A stretch of 63,487 bases of DNA, filler included, from Octopus bimaculoides (GCF_001194135.2; 4 parts of 4 records of this genome joined end to end with filler, not necessarily neighbours in it), one strand, 5' to 3'; positions 25,238-38,719 are shown, numbered from the whole stretch's first letter. A program made the numbers and translations. The notes: generated from the sequence alone by a model not told the origin.

Positions 25238-26344
25238 TAATGAGTCATTTCGTGAATAATTCTGTTTGTTTTTCAAAATTAAAATTTTAAAAATTATTTT
25301 TAATCTACAATATACTCTTCTGGGTTTGAAGACTGCGAAATATATGATAATCTTACGCGGAAATGTCCGACGAATATGGTGGGTGGGTCATCGTTTTCAG
25401 TTCAAAAGACTCCAGCCTTTGGAGTGTCATCCTCCCTGTATATGGTCCAGCTTTATCCTGATGGAAAAACACTTTTCGTCTTGAACCCAAAAATCGTAAT
25501 TTTTCGTCTACCACTTATTTAACCCGCTGAAGCTGCTCGCAGTAGATGTCCTTTATTATCGTTTTATGGTTTAAAAGTTCAAAGTGGACTTAACAATTCA
25601 TATAACACCAAACAGATAACAACACCTAACGTGGGTGATAACTTTCTTTATCCTAAGATGCCAGTGTTTCTCCTTTCCCTACCCATTGTCTTGGGGACTT
25701 GCTATTTTTATAGAGAAACCATTGCTCATAACCAATCACTAAAAAGGTTTATTTGTGGGACGTGAGAGCAAAGAAGGGTACACATTCACTCTCTGCGCAT
25801 GATTAGACTCGGAAAGTTTGTGAGGAACTCATGGACCGAATTTGCTGAATTTTCAAATAGCACGCAGGTGTCAATGAATGGTTGAATGACCAAATCCAAG
25901 CTTTTTTGTTAGTTCTTCTACAGTTATGATGGGATTTTGTTCCACCAGGGTTTGCAGGATGTCCTCGTCAAGTTCTACAAATCTTACTGAAAGAGGCATG
26001 TCTTCTAGACTGTAGTTTCCAGCTCGAAATTTCTTGAAACATCGTTGACACTTGCTTACTCTTATTGTGGATTAATATTCCTCGCACCTTCCGTTGCATT
26101 GTTGGCTTTCTGGAACTCATAAGACAAAATATGCCGATTATGCTCTTTGTTACTTCCACCTTAGCTTTCAAAAAATAACTGTTAGAATCGAACTGCACTC
26201 TTCAAAATTTGCACTAAGAATAAATATAAGGTAAAATTATTACCTGCGTTCATAGCAAGTTAATGCAGGTAGTTTATCCTGTCTCCCACCGACTTTTAGT
26301 TCATTCAATTGAAACAAATTGCATTCTTTATGGATGACACGATA
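25238..26344 (-). mobile_element. mariner (DD34D), ~1.1 kb, both TIR remnants, decayed transposase
   Basis: Minus: VEVTK..IRHILSYEFQKANNATE, QNPI.TVEELTKKLGFGHSFIDTCVLFEN, FHQDKAGPY, HPPYSSDISA (YSPDLAPSD motif). Terminal GGTCATCC-like TIR remnants lie next to TA. Confidence 0.9.
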
Positions 26345-26489
26345 TATATTAATTAATTAATTAATGCACTTATATTTCTTTAGAATATTTTACAAATTCT
26401 TTTATTTATCAAATAGCTTCTCAGTATCACATTCAGCAATGGGCACTCAATTCTCCATGTGTGCATTTGGATTTATATATATATAATGC

Positions 26490-26660
26490 TGGGGCATCAC
26501 ATTGAATGGTTTTAATCGAATAAATCGATCCTAGGACTTATTCTTTGAAGCGTAGTACTCATTCTATCGGTCTCTTTTTGCCGAACCCCTATATTACGGG
26601 GTGGTAAACACACCAAAACTCGTTGTTAAACAGTGTTAGGGGACAAACATAGAGACCCGT
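26490..26660 (-). mobile_element. SINE family B tail
   Basis: AAATCGATCCTAGGACTTATTCTTTG...CTATCGGTCTCTTTTTGCCGAACC...AAACACACCA. Confidence 0.8.
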
Positions 26661-26663
26661 ACA

Positions 26664-26704
<41 letters not shown>

Positions 26705-29700
26705 TTTAGTATATTTTTTTCAGGTTTCCTTTATTCCTTTCTCTACTTCTTACTTTTCTAAACCTCTTCATCAAATTTTGTAATATTTTTATTCTGAATT
26801 CTTTAATTTTTCCCTTGTATTTTTACTCTTATCACTCTGGATGGAGCACTATGCCACATATTTATATGTTAAGATTGAATATGATCAACCGAGTCGGGAA
26901 ATATCATGAAATACTATTGACGGCGGGTGCACCTGATTTGTATGGACTTTGTAAGGATATTGAGAAGAATATTTCTTGGTGTAATAACCCTCAAACTACA
27001 CACATGAGTAATTCATACCTATCTCATTTGACATTAGAACCACTTTTTCTTTTCTGATAACCTTTATCTAATATAATCCAACTAAAATATAGGTTTATGA
27101 ATTTAGACGATCAGGATGCAAAGACTAGAACTATGAATGAAGTGGCATCACGATTTTTAAGTGAATTTTGGAATAGGGTCCTTGAAAATCAACCACATAG
27201 ATCAATGAGGACTGTAAAATGAAGGAGAGTATATTGTAGATTAAAAAATAATTTTTAAAATTTTAATTTTGAAAAACAAACAGAATTATTCACGAAATNN
27301 NNNNNNNNNNNNNNNNNNNNNNNNNNNNNNNNNNNNNNNNNNNNNNNNNNNNNNNNNNNNNNNNNNNNNNNNNNNNNNNNNNNNNNNNNNNNNNNNNNNN
27401 NNNNNNNNNNNNNNNNNNNNNNNNNNNNNNNNNNNNNNNNNNNNNNNNNNNNNNNNNNNNNNNNNNNNNNNNNNNNNNNNNNNNNNNNNNNNNNNNNNNN
27501 NNNNNNNNNNNNNNNNNNNNNNNNNNNNNNNNNNNNNNNNNNNNNNNNNNNNNNNNNNNNNNTATATGAAGTGGCATCACGATTTTTATGAGAATATAGG
27601 AATGAAATGTTTATCACTCTTGCACGAATCGTCATGGAACTCTTTCAGAATATTGTTAGAACAATTCTCTTTGTTATGAAATAACTTTACAACTAAATAT
27701 CTCAGAATGCTACCTACATAAGCTTTCACAATGTTTTATGATGATTAAGCACCCATGATAAATCAAATCCTGTATTTTTGGCAGGTAGATCTCTAGGAAC
27801 CGACATAAATACTTCAATTCTGATACTTTGCCCTCCTTAACCACGGCTAATGTTTGTCATATATGAGTACTATTTACATATCGAGTATGATACTGTCACA
27901 CCACTCAAAAGCATACTCGCTTACTATAAAAATGAAAACGCAGAACGACTAACATTTATTCATATATATTCTGCATTTATTAGTATAATCTATGGAATGT
28001 AAGCATTAGTGATACTATCCAGGAATCAAATTGGGTTTAATGTTACCTTCCCGACTCAATTGCTGCAGTACGACACACATATCTCTTTCCCAAAGAAACT
28101 AAATCGTTATTCATTCATTCACCATTCCGAACGAGATACTGAAATGTAGACACTGAAACATATCATCAATCATACCCTCTACAGTAGTTTAGGAAGATCT
28201 TCACAGGCCATTACTACGTATCGCCTCCTCAAATACAACATTATTTATATACCTTATAGTAGTATTACTATATGTTATTGCATATTCTGAGAATCGTACC
28301 TACTTTTAATATTATTGCAGTTTTTACCGATGTTCTTGATGTTTCTTCTGTTATGTTGCTGTCTTATAATGTTCATGTTGCTGCTGTATCTGTTACCGTT
28401 GTTGAGGATCATGTTCTTTACAGTCAAGTGAAATGCATTCGAGCAGCTTCCATCTGTGACCCTCAATCCGTTTGAAGTATAGATTATCGAACATACTTAT
28501 TTACGGTAGTGTGATATTTATGATATATTTATCTACTTATCAATGCTCAGTTAAAATGTGCTCCTCTTACTTATGGAATATTAAATGCCTGGTATTAGAC
28601 ATCAAGGTAAAATTTTTGTTGATTTACTAATTAATTTTTGCAACGATTTACATAAGTTCAGTGACTTCAGTAAACATCGGCGTGAAATTATTCCCGCGAT
28701 CTCTTTAATAACACGAGAGCAATATAAATATTTAACTCATTTAATATGTAAATAAAAACAACCGATCATCTATTTCGAAGCTATTTTTTTCAAAATATTC
28801 AGAAAATTAGAAAGTAGTTTATTACATATAGATATGAAAGGCAAATATTGTTTTCATAAATTTGAAAGGACACTAGGATGTATGCATAAAATTTATAGCC
28901 TTCATCTCTCAAACTGATGGTATGTTTATGCATTCAGTATGAATATATAATGATTTATAGTGTATAAAAAAGTTTGCGAAACGGGAAAAATCTCAAAGTG
29001 CCTGTAAAGCACATTTCAGAGAGTAGGTACAATACTAGTGTTATGGGTGTTTGCATAGAAAGTAAGCAATCAAGGAATAATGTTAAATCATATATAGGAT
29101 TACGTCCACGTATATCTACACATACAGATGCACGCATATATATACATACATACATANNNNNNNNNNTATATATATATATATTATACAGTTGAACAAACAA
29201 TACCGCTCTACTAATTTGATCATTAGTAGAGTAATATGGCCTCACAATTTGGAAATTCAAGGAATCAGAAACAGTTTCACATTTAGTGATGATGTGTATA
29301 CGGCGATAAAATGGTGTGCAAAATATTAAGTTTGTTAAATATAGAAAACAGAATATAATTTCGTATTATGCTCGTGGGAATTGAGGAAAAACCAATAAAG
29401 ATGTGAGAAAAACTAATGAGTAATGCGAAAATGAATTTGTCATTAGTAATTGTTTTTGACAAGATGTTTTATTTATGAAATAAACTTTTTATAGATATGA
29501 AAAGTATTCTGTGAAAATTTCGAACTTTACTTATAACAAATCTAATTATATAAACACTATTTTCACAGCCTTATGACAGATATTATTGCAGTACTTGGTT
29601 ATATATTACACAGTCTCCAAGACACAGTAGTAACGCTTGAAGCTCAATTATATCACTACTAATGTTGTGGTTTTAGTTATCGGTAATGAACACCGTATCA

Positions 29701-29769
29701 TCTGGAGAAATTAGTGTTTGGCAGAAATCGAGCAAATTCACAACCTGTGTGGTAGATTTTCCTTCGTCT

Positions 29770-30775
29770 TATTTGCGGGAGTTCACAGGCTGTTAAAGAT
29801 ACTCCCATGGAATGTGAGCAGATGAAGATTATTTGTCAACATTAACCTCTTTCTGGTTCACACACTTCTTTCAGTTGTACCGGATACCATTAGTGAAGAA
29901 GCTTTTACCCAGTTGTTCATAAAATATTCAAAAGCATATATACGTCATCAACGCTATGAAATTGGCTCTCAGCCAAGCGATTTTTCTAGTTTGAGAACAG
30001 ATGATAATTAGGTTGGGGCCAAATCAGGAGAAAAGGAAGGCTGATCAACTAGTTCAAAGTCTCAGTCATGCACAACAGCCAATGATTCCATGGACTAATG
30101 TGCTGGAACATTGTCCACTTGAAACAAAACCCCTTATCGTCAGTTTTCTTGAGTGTTTAATACTAATAGCCTTTCATAACTATCTCAGAATATTGGCATA
30201 ATGCTCTCCATTGATGGTGTGGCCACTTTCAAGGTAGTCATTAAAGACACTGCTTCTTGCATCCCAAAACGACGAGGTCTTCTTCAAAGCAGTTGGGGAG
30301 GAGTGTTCCCACTGATTGAATAGTTTGTTTGTCTCTGGTTCAAAGTCATGAATCCAACATTCATCCTGGGTTATGCGATGTTCAAGGAAACCGGCTAGAT
30401 CTGCCTCAAACAATTTCATATTTTCCCGTGATATGATCAGCCTGGTGCACTTTTGATCACGTGTCAGAAGATATGGCACCCACCGAGCAGAAACCTCTGT
30501 CATACCAAGTTCACTGTGAAGAAAATTCTCAACGCTCTCACGGGATGTACCGAACCCATTTGCTACATGATTTATAATCAATCGGCTGTTATTCATCACC
30601 ATGTGGTGAACACGATCGATCAATGTTTTCCTCGGTGGTGACAGTTGCAGGACGTCCAGCTCTTGGGTCATTTCAAGATTCTTCTTCTCCCTCTTAAATT
30701 CATCAAACAACTTTTGCACTGTTGATGGAGCTGGAGCATCATCCAATAATGTAACAACCTGATAGAGGCATATAA
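29770..30775 (-). mobile_element. mariner (DD34D) transposase pseudogene; its 5' side ends at the Chapaev3-like element
   Basis: DDAPAPSTVQK, SARWVPYLLT, ITQDECWIHDFEPET, GHTINGEHYANILR, FQVDNVPAH, PSFSPDLAPTNYHLF. Confidence 0.93.
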
Positions 30776-32894
30776 CACTAAGCAGCAATTTTTTTTCTTT
30801 TTGTCTGGTGCCTTGAACATTTCAACGAATTCTTAAGTGATTTCACTTGTTAAATTCAAAAATAACTTCAGTTTTTTTCTCTTTCAGGTCTTGTTTTCTG
30901 ACTAAAGCTGATAGAGTAAGTATTTTATTCATACAAAAGGCATATAGTATGAATATATAAACATAGCGTGACACAGAACAAAACGAAGTACAAATAAAAA
31001 TTGAAAATTGAAAATGCACATTGACTAAGATTTTTGGCAGAAAATTCAAGGAATAAATTTGCGCTTCTTTGTGCACCGTGAATATTGAGCAACAGGAGTA
31101 TCTCGTTTTAAAAACCTGCAATAGTCTGATGCAATTACAGCGTCCCTATGTCCTTGGTACAAAGTTTCCATCTCTTTCATGCCCTGATGGAATCGTCCGC
31201 CTTGTCCATCGCTAACATCTCCGAGATTTTCAGGAAATCAATCAATATGGCTAAAAAATAATGCATTTTGATTATCATATTTGCGCTAAAGTCGCGCTAA
31301 TAATATCAAGTTGGTAACAAGGTCTTTATAGTTTTCACTTTTGTGTTTCCCAAGGAAATTTTGCTCTACTTCTGCAAAGCTAGCTAAGCTGATGCTTCAT
31401 GTTCGCTCATTACTTTCAGGAAATTTGTGTCCTTCAAGAGGGTACGGATTTGTGGTCTATCAAAAATCCCTGCTTTAAGTTTTTCAAACGTCAAGTCTGG
31501 AAATGCGCTGCAGTTATACTTGAAACATTCCCCATTTTTCTCATTATCAATCCGAGTTTAATGTGCAAAAGGGAGAAAATGATCTTATCTCGCTTAACTA
31601 AATGTTCTGCCAAAATATTGGCAGCTCTACATGGAACCATATTTTTCGAAGCGGCCAGTCTTTCTTAACATAGCGGTTTCCTTGATCTCTACTGTCCCAC
31701 ATGCAAAGAAAGCATGAGTATTTGGTATAACCCATTTATGGTCATCATACTCTATCTTCTCTAAAACCAACTTAATTTCTTCATATTTTTCCTTCAGAGT
31801 TGTTGAGAGGCCGAGTGAGGCAGAGCCATACACATTTCAGTTGTGCAACAATACACATTTTAAATTACGCTTGGAGCTGTCTATAAAAAGATTCTATTCA
31901 TCTAATTTGTATTCCTCAATGCCAAGTTTATTAAAGAAACCCACTGACATCTCTGCAGTAAACTAGCTTTTCCTCTTTTGTGGGGAAAAGAAAAAGAATA
32001 ACTTCATGCAAACTCCGATAGAATGTTATACGGACACAATTCTCTAGAAGATTCTTCTCTTTCAGTCGAGAAGCCAACAGTTCTGCAGAAGTCAGGAACT
32101 AGATCATTCAACTCTACCTGGGAGAACAGTTGACGTAAAGTCTCAACTGAAAAGTCTTGATCTCTAGTGTCTTCTTCAGGTGAATCTTCTTTGGTTGAGG
32201 GTAAAGATATATGATGCAAGACATTGAAGAGAGGAACAGGAGGCTCTTCACTGTGTGTAACCGGTCTAATAGCAGAGCCATGGTTACTATAGACGAGTGT
32301 TTGTCGATTTTTCCGGTTAATACTCTTCAAATTTAAGTTACAAAAATAGCAGTCGTCCACGTGATTATAGGGCTCCCGCCATACCACTGGTATAGCAAAC
32401 CTCATACTTTTCTTTGCTTCTTCAGTCTATTGGCGCAAATGTTCTGTACATTGCAAACACTATACGGTTCCCAGTATTAACTTGGTCTCCCAGCTTGACT
32501 CCAAATATGCCATTTACGTTTTCAGCAAAATCAGTGATTTTTTTTTTTCGATTTTCAGGTAATGGGTATTCTCCACAAACAAAGAAAAAAAACACATTTG
32601 GGAAATTAACGCAACACTTTGTTGAAGATGACATCTTGCTCATTTTCTATTGTTTAGTTCACCACAACATCTAAAAGGTATGGAAAAAGAAAAAACAAAG
32701 AAATTTAGAATTAGAATAAGGTAACGAATACTGCGTACTGGACGTACAGACATAAATAGTGAATATAGGGATGTTCAATAACTTAAAAACTAGGTCTGAT
32801 AGGTCAAAAAGAAGGTTATATTTGAATTCAGGAGAGCGATTTTGTATGGGAATGATGTCTATTTCCTAAACTTCAAAAATCTTGTAGACCAGTG
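30776..32894 (-). mobile_element. Chapaev3-like (CMC superfamily) DNA transposon, 2119 bp, both termini, decayed transposase
   Basis: Ends CACTAAGCAGCAATTTTT and (reverse complement) CACTGGTCTACAAGATTTTT; TAA on both flanks (30773-75, 32895-97). Motifs CVNFPNVF..VCGE, FAIPVVWREPYNHVDDCYFC, SCFLCMWDSRD and FPENLGDVSD.QG.RFHQ. The family name is from recall. Confidence 0.8.
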
Positions 32895-33146
32895 TAATCA
32901 ATGACACTAAACAAGCCTCGAGAAGTAAACAGTTACAACATGAAGATCTCTCGATTGAAACTTTCTTAGGGATATAATGCACATTCTGAGCCGCCACATA
33001 TTTGTTTATGTGTGCACATTCATTTATATTATTCTTATATTATTATATCTGCTTGCGTTCCTATTCAGCGAATAAGTATTTGGTGTTTGGAGACACCTTC
33101 TAAATATTTATTTTACTTTATTTTATACGATTTGCAATGCTATTTA

Positions 33147-34450
33147 CAGAGAGTTCCGGCTCAATTTCAAGATATTTTATGTCTTAATTTCTCAGAACCA
33201 TGTTTTAGTAAAATTATAGTGTATTGGTGAACAGTCAATGGCATTGGCGAACATAAATGCTAAAGTTTTAATTGCGAAAAACGTTGCTGACGAGGAAGAC
33301 TGGGAGCTATCTGAATGGTAGAAAAGAGTTACTTGTATCAAGATGATTCGAACCGGCTATAAATATCATGACATCATAACTGCTGCTCTTCGTACTATGC
33401 ATACTGTAGAGTTTGTAAGACACGACACCGACGGCAACAACAGAAACTACGAAATTGTGACCAGCGGGAAGGAATACAACAGGCGTTATGACTGCATCAG
33501 CACGCCAGAATTCATACCACAACTATAAGACTGCAAGGCAAAGCGATAGAAGAACCACACAAAGGAATCCAAGCTTTGACGAGAGAGATGTATTTCAATC
33601 GCCACCATGAAGCTGACTCTAAACCAAGACCCTCACTATCCCTCACAGAAGAGAGAGAAGGGACAGCGTTTGACATCCAAGGCCAGCAAAAGTAACGAAC
33701 ATCCTGAACAAGCTGTGTGCATCCTGTTGAGCCGGGGATGATCTGCTTCTTTTCAGATAAAAAGAACCTTTGATATGAAAACTTTCACAACACCGAGAAC
33801 ATTGGTTGGTCTGCCGATAATCTATGAAATATCACACGTATGATGAAAGCCAATTTATCCAAAAGTGTGATTATCTTTGTTTATCTCCAGTGAGAGCGAC
33901 CTCATGCCGCCCCACATCGTTGAACAAAACCTTAGGCTCAATTAAGACAGCTATGTGAAGCAGCTGGAGACTGTGGACAATCTCTGGCTGGAAAGGATAT
34001 GTGCTGGAAAACTGTATGTGTGACAGCAGGATACGGTTCCTTGTCATACATCCAAAAATTGTCAAGTGTGGCTATGGGAAGTTTTCTACGACTTCACCTG
34101 CCCCAATTTGTGACATCTTAATTCACCTGACTATCATCCCTTGGATTACCATGTGAAGGGCGCGATTCAAGAAGATAGAAACCGTTCTGCCTGAAACAGT
34201 AAGGCCCAGCTGGTGGCCGAGAACAAGGTGGTGTTCGACGATCTTCCCAGAGACACAGGAAGAAACGCACGCGCTAGGTTCCGGAGTAGTCTTCAGAACA
34301 TTGGGGTAGTTGAGGACAGCTAATTTGCGTAATCTGTTATCTCTCATGCTATTACCCTATTGATATCTTGTAGTGCTTTAAAAAATACATTTATTTTTAG
34401 ACAGAATATTGTGTTTTTATATTTTCTGAAAAGTTAGTCCGAACAAACAC
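33147..34450 (+). mobile_element. maT/DD37D-type Tc1-mariner element, decayed
   Basis: TA|CAGAGAGTTCCGG start; RYDCISTPEF, FFSDKKN, DLMPPHIVEQNLRLN, QQDTVPCHTS, NSPDYHPLDYHV, RNARARFRS. The 3' TIR is unclear. Confidence 0.85.
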
Positions 34451-34514
34451 ACAGTGTTTGTATGCGTGTCAGTGTACACATATATGTACATATGTATGTA
34501 TATGTATGCGAGTA

Positions 34515-34545
<31 letters not shown>

Positions 34546-34594
34546 GTGTGTGTATATGAGTGTACTTGAAATTTATAGAAAAAAAAAAACAAAA

Positions 34595-34715
34595 GGCGAA
34601 GACAGGTGTATTTAATACAAGCAGGTGTATTAGTTTAATGCTCGGGAAAATGAAAATATATTTTACGTTTCGAGCCTAAGCGCTTCACCAGAAAGGAATA
34701 AGAGTAAATAAAATG
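34595..34715 (-). mobile_element. Penelope-type pseudo-LTR fragment with a minimal hammerhead-like motif
   Basis: Minus: TTCCTTT-CTGGTGA-AGCGCTTAGGCTC-GAAA-CGTA-AAAT...TTCCCGAGCATTAAACTAATACACCTG. A related tail (CACCACCTGTCCTCGTC) lies at 50245-50300. Confidence 0.6.
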
Positions 34716-35769
34716 AGAGAATGAAAAATAACTTATAGTTTTAGCAGTCAACATGTGTGCAAGCATCCATGTGTACATGTGTGATATATGTGAGTCTGAG
34801 TGTGTGCTGCTGCTTTGAACGGGGACTGAATAATTCTATATTTATTGAACATGTGTGTTTAACCGCATAGCGTCGTTATTAGGTACGGTGTGTCAGTGAG
34901 GAAATCATATCGTTTCACTTTGCTGCAGTACACTCAGCTAAAAATGGCATCAGCAGACTGGCGGTGCAGTATTCCACACCGCCATTTACCACATTCGGAA
35001 AACACCACTTCGTGAATTTGGGGGCAACTGAGAGATTATCCGTTTCCCCCCGAATGCATATGCAGTTATTTCAGTACGCAAAACCCTGTAGAATATACCA
35101 TAACATAGTGCTAAATAATCAACATGTCTCTTTATATGTGTCCCTGATTGAATTTTAACTACTCATTTGTATGTGTATGTGCTAACGCCAATGCATACAC
35201 GTTATTTGTTAAAGATAATTACCAATACGATATCCATTCAATGACTGCCATTGATTGAAAGATTCTTTTGTGCTTCGTTTGTATTCTCTGAAGTCAATTT
35301 AAGGCCTGGATTGAAATTAAAATCATCGTGTCTACGTTGACTGGACTTGAATTCCCTCTCACATGAGAACTCTCTCTCGCTCTCTGGATTTGCAATACAT
35401 GATTATTCGATATTCCAAATTTCTATGGCCGAAGAATTACGAAACCCAGATATCGAACTCGATGCGAAGGGCAAGGTGAATCGACTTAAACTTTACAAAT
35501 AAATAATTATATAAATAAGCCTTAATATCTCACCAATGAGTATAGCGATGAAAAGAAACATGAGCTTTCCAAGGATTTCGTATATTTTTTATACACTATA
35601 CTTTCACACAAGCCTAAATATACATCATAATGTTACGAATAAGAACGTGAATGAAATAAACTGTTTTTGTGCACAGTTTGTGACAGACCATGCCTTTCTT
35701 TTGCTGGGCTTAAATCTCATTTGCGAAGCTATGGACAACGAACCTCCACCAACTATTCTGCTTTATATC

Positions 35770-36022
35770 TCTGTGCATACCTTTGAATACAGTGTATGCC
35801 AGAATGTTTGCAAATCTAACGGAGGCCTAAAAAGATATTTTAAAATTCACAAAGATCAGAACTTATCTGCAGCTCTTGGTGGTCCAAATCGGATGTGCAA
35901 TCAACGTGGGTGTCTTTTCAGAAAATTGTCTGGTTTTAAAAACCGCATCAGAAGCCATAATGGTGATGAGGTGTAGGGACAGGAGGTGGTGAAACTCTGC
36001 ATAAGGAGTAGACAGCCACCAT
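35770..36022 (+). mobile_element. LINE 3' end (probably RTE-like) with two decayed C2H2-like fingers and a short 3' UTR
   Basis: CQNVCKSNGGLKRYFKIH and CNQRGCLFRKLSGFKNRIRSH, stop at 35976, then about 45 bp and a (TA)(CA) tail. Confidence 0.6.
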
Positions 36023-36026
36023 ATAT

Positions 36027-36089
<63 letters not shown>

Positions 36090-36946
36090 AGTCTGTCATA
36101 GATTAAATTTAATTTGTTTTAGTCTGTTCCCTGGTGTAGCATTATCTGATTCAAAATAGAATGTCAAAATTGTTAAAAAATGATCCCAATACAGACAACT
36201 AAAATGGTAAATGATTGAGCATAAAATTAGATACATCATATATTTGAAAATGAATGTAGAAAAATATAAGTGTTTATCATAACGGCTTAGTATACTGAAC
36301 TATTTTTGCTTGCATTTATAAGTAAAAGAGAGGCAAGAAGATTAAGTACAGAAAAACAACTAATGTAAGCATAAACCTGTAAGTAATAAAAATCATAAAA
36401 TGATAAAAGATTCAATAAATATGAAGAGAAATTCTTAGGTGTAATATTTCAGAGTTTAAAAGTTAAAAGAAAAAAGTTTAACGCGGAGAAACACGAATAG
36501 AATAATTTTGTTTCTTCACTGCACAAGTTTGCTCTGCCACAGTCTATCATTAGATTAAATTAATCACACATGAAGGCATTTTATTCACTACTTAACAGTG
36601 CACCTGCATCTAGATAGGAATTGCATTTAGCTGAAGTAATTCATTGAGACTTCTGCAGTAAAAAAGGTAATGTAAATATTTTAAAAATACAAAATCACAT
36701 GTGCATATACCGTAGTGAACGGTATTGCATATAAACGTACACTCACACATATACAAACATACATTTATAAATGAATATATATATATATATATATATANNN
36801 NNNNNNNNNNNNNNNNNNNNNNNNNNNNNNNNNNNNNNNNNNNNNNNNNNNNNNNNNNNNNNNNNNNNNNNNNNNNNNNNNNNNNNNNNNNNNNNNNNNN
36901 NNNNNNNNNNNNNNNNNNNNNNNNNNNNNNNNNNNNNNNNNNNNNN

Positions 36947-36984
<38 letters not shown>

Positions 36985-37393
36985 TAGAGAGTCAGAGACT
37001 CGCAGAAATAAATAGAAAAAAATTGTAACTGTCAGGTGTGTTCAATTGTGTATCTGCTTGAAAAGGCATAAGGCATAATTCCATAACTACATGTGTGTGT
37101 ATGTGTGCGTGTGTGTGCGTGTGTGTGCGTGTGTGTTATGTATGTTGCATGCGTCTATGATTGTTGCTTGTCTATCCAATATACTGCTGGAATAATACAC
37201 AATTATTATTACACTGGTATTACCACAATGCAATAAATGGGTGCGGGTAAAAAGATATTGTATCATTAATTTATATAGCAATAAGAAAATGGGGGGAATA
37301 GGTGGTATTCATCAACTTGGAGATATTGTATTGTGTCAATTTACTTGTTTATTCGTTTACTAAAAGGACAATAATAACAATATACAAACACAT

Positions 37394-37780
37394 GGCGGAC
37401 ACGTAATGGCCCAGTGGTTAGGGCAGCGGACTCGCGGTCATAGGATCGCGGTTTCGATTTCCAGACCGGGCGCTGTGAGTGCTTATTGAGCGAAAACACC
37501 TAAAGTATCACGAGCCTCCGGCAGGGGATGGTGGCGAATCCTGCTGTACTCTTTCATCACAACTTTCTCTCACTTTTTCTTCCTGTTTCTGTTGTACCTG
37601 TATTTCAATGAGCCAGCCTTGTCACACTGTGTCACGCTGAATATCCCTGAGAACTACGTGAAGGGTACGCGTGTCTGTGGAGTGCTCAGCCACTTGCACG
37701 TTAATTTCACGAGCAGGCTGTTCCGTTGATCGGATCAAGTGGAACCCTCGACGGCCTAAGCGATGGAATGCCAACAACAA
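37394..37780 (+). mobile_element. SINE family C, full length (~390 bp), tRNA-derived head
   Basis: A box TGGCCCAGTGGTTAG, B-box-like GGTTTCGATTTCC, body matching 22072-22383, (CAA)n tail. Confidence 0.92.
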
Positions 37781-38074
37781 ACACATGTGGCATATTATAT
37801 TATATCAGTAATTAAAAAAGGATATATATAGTGACAGAAAATGGGATAATGACTTACATCTCTTTCAGTCTAGAGGTGACATGCCCCATTCTATCTATAT
37901 AACTCCAGAAGGCTGAAGTAATTTATAAATGAAATAAATGAAATAGAGGTACATTATGATTCTCTAGGCCTCTTCACAGATTTTATAAATTTCGTAATGT
38001 TAATTTAAAATATCCGAATATGAAAATATAACAATAGATAGCTAGTTAGATAGATCTATGTATGTGTTTATCTT

Positions 38075-38265
38075 TGTGTCTGTGTCTGTCCCTCACCACA
38101 ACTTGGGAACCGGTGTTGGTGTGTTTACTTCCGTATAACTTAGCGTTTCAGCCTTAGTGACCGTTAGAATAAGCACTAAGGTTTTAAAAAAATAAGTTCG
38201 ATGCATTCGAGTACAATCTTTCAAGGCGGTGCTCCAGTATGGCTGCAGTCTGGTGAGAGAAACAT
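38075..38265 (+). mobile_element. SINE family B tail, degenerate
   Basis: GGTGTTGGTGTGTTTACTTCCGTATAACTTAGCG...GGCGGTGCTCCAGTATGGCTGCAGTC. Confidence 0.8.
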
Positions 38266-38719
38266 GTAAAACATATATGAAAAATTAGTGAAACAGAGTT
38301 TATTTAACGCGATACCCTTTACAACGTCACCTAATAATATGTGCCTGCACAGAGGGATGCATCACAGCCGGTTCGTTGTACAGCATCCCACCTGCGTGGA
38401 ATCGATGCACGATGCACCAAAACGATCTTTGCGAGTAATAAAGTTCCTCATATATTTCATTCTCCGTCTCTAACATTTCTTATATATTTAGGCGTGGTGA
38501 GAGCCACAGTCTTAAGCACCAGAACTCAAAATCATCAAAGATCTGGCTGTATCTGCTACCATAAGGAGTGGTTTTGTTGTTTATCGAGTTGTTTATTGAC
38601 TTATTTCTTGCAATGTTCGTGCGGATTAGTGCCCTTCTGCATTTTGGTGACGTATATATGTTGGCCTTTTGCACATAAGCCACACATATTATATATATAT
38701 ATATATGTGCATCTGCTCT

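Noticed and set aside
28420-28480. Acceptor-like TTCTTTACAG followed by a candidate exon
   Set aside because: All three frames stop within about 55 nt and there is no convincing donor.
37394-37475. tRNA-like sequences (also 19638-19700 and 58008-58080)
   Set aside because: They continue into repeat bodies shared by multiple copies and lack a proper cloverleaf, so they are SINE heads, not tRNA genes.
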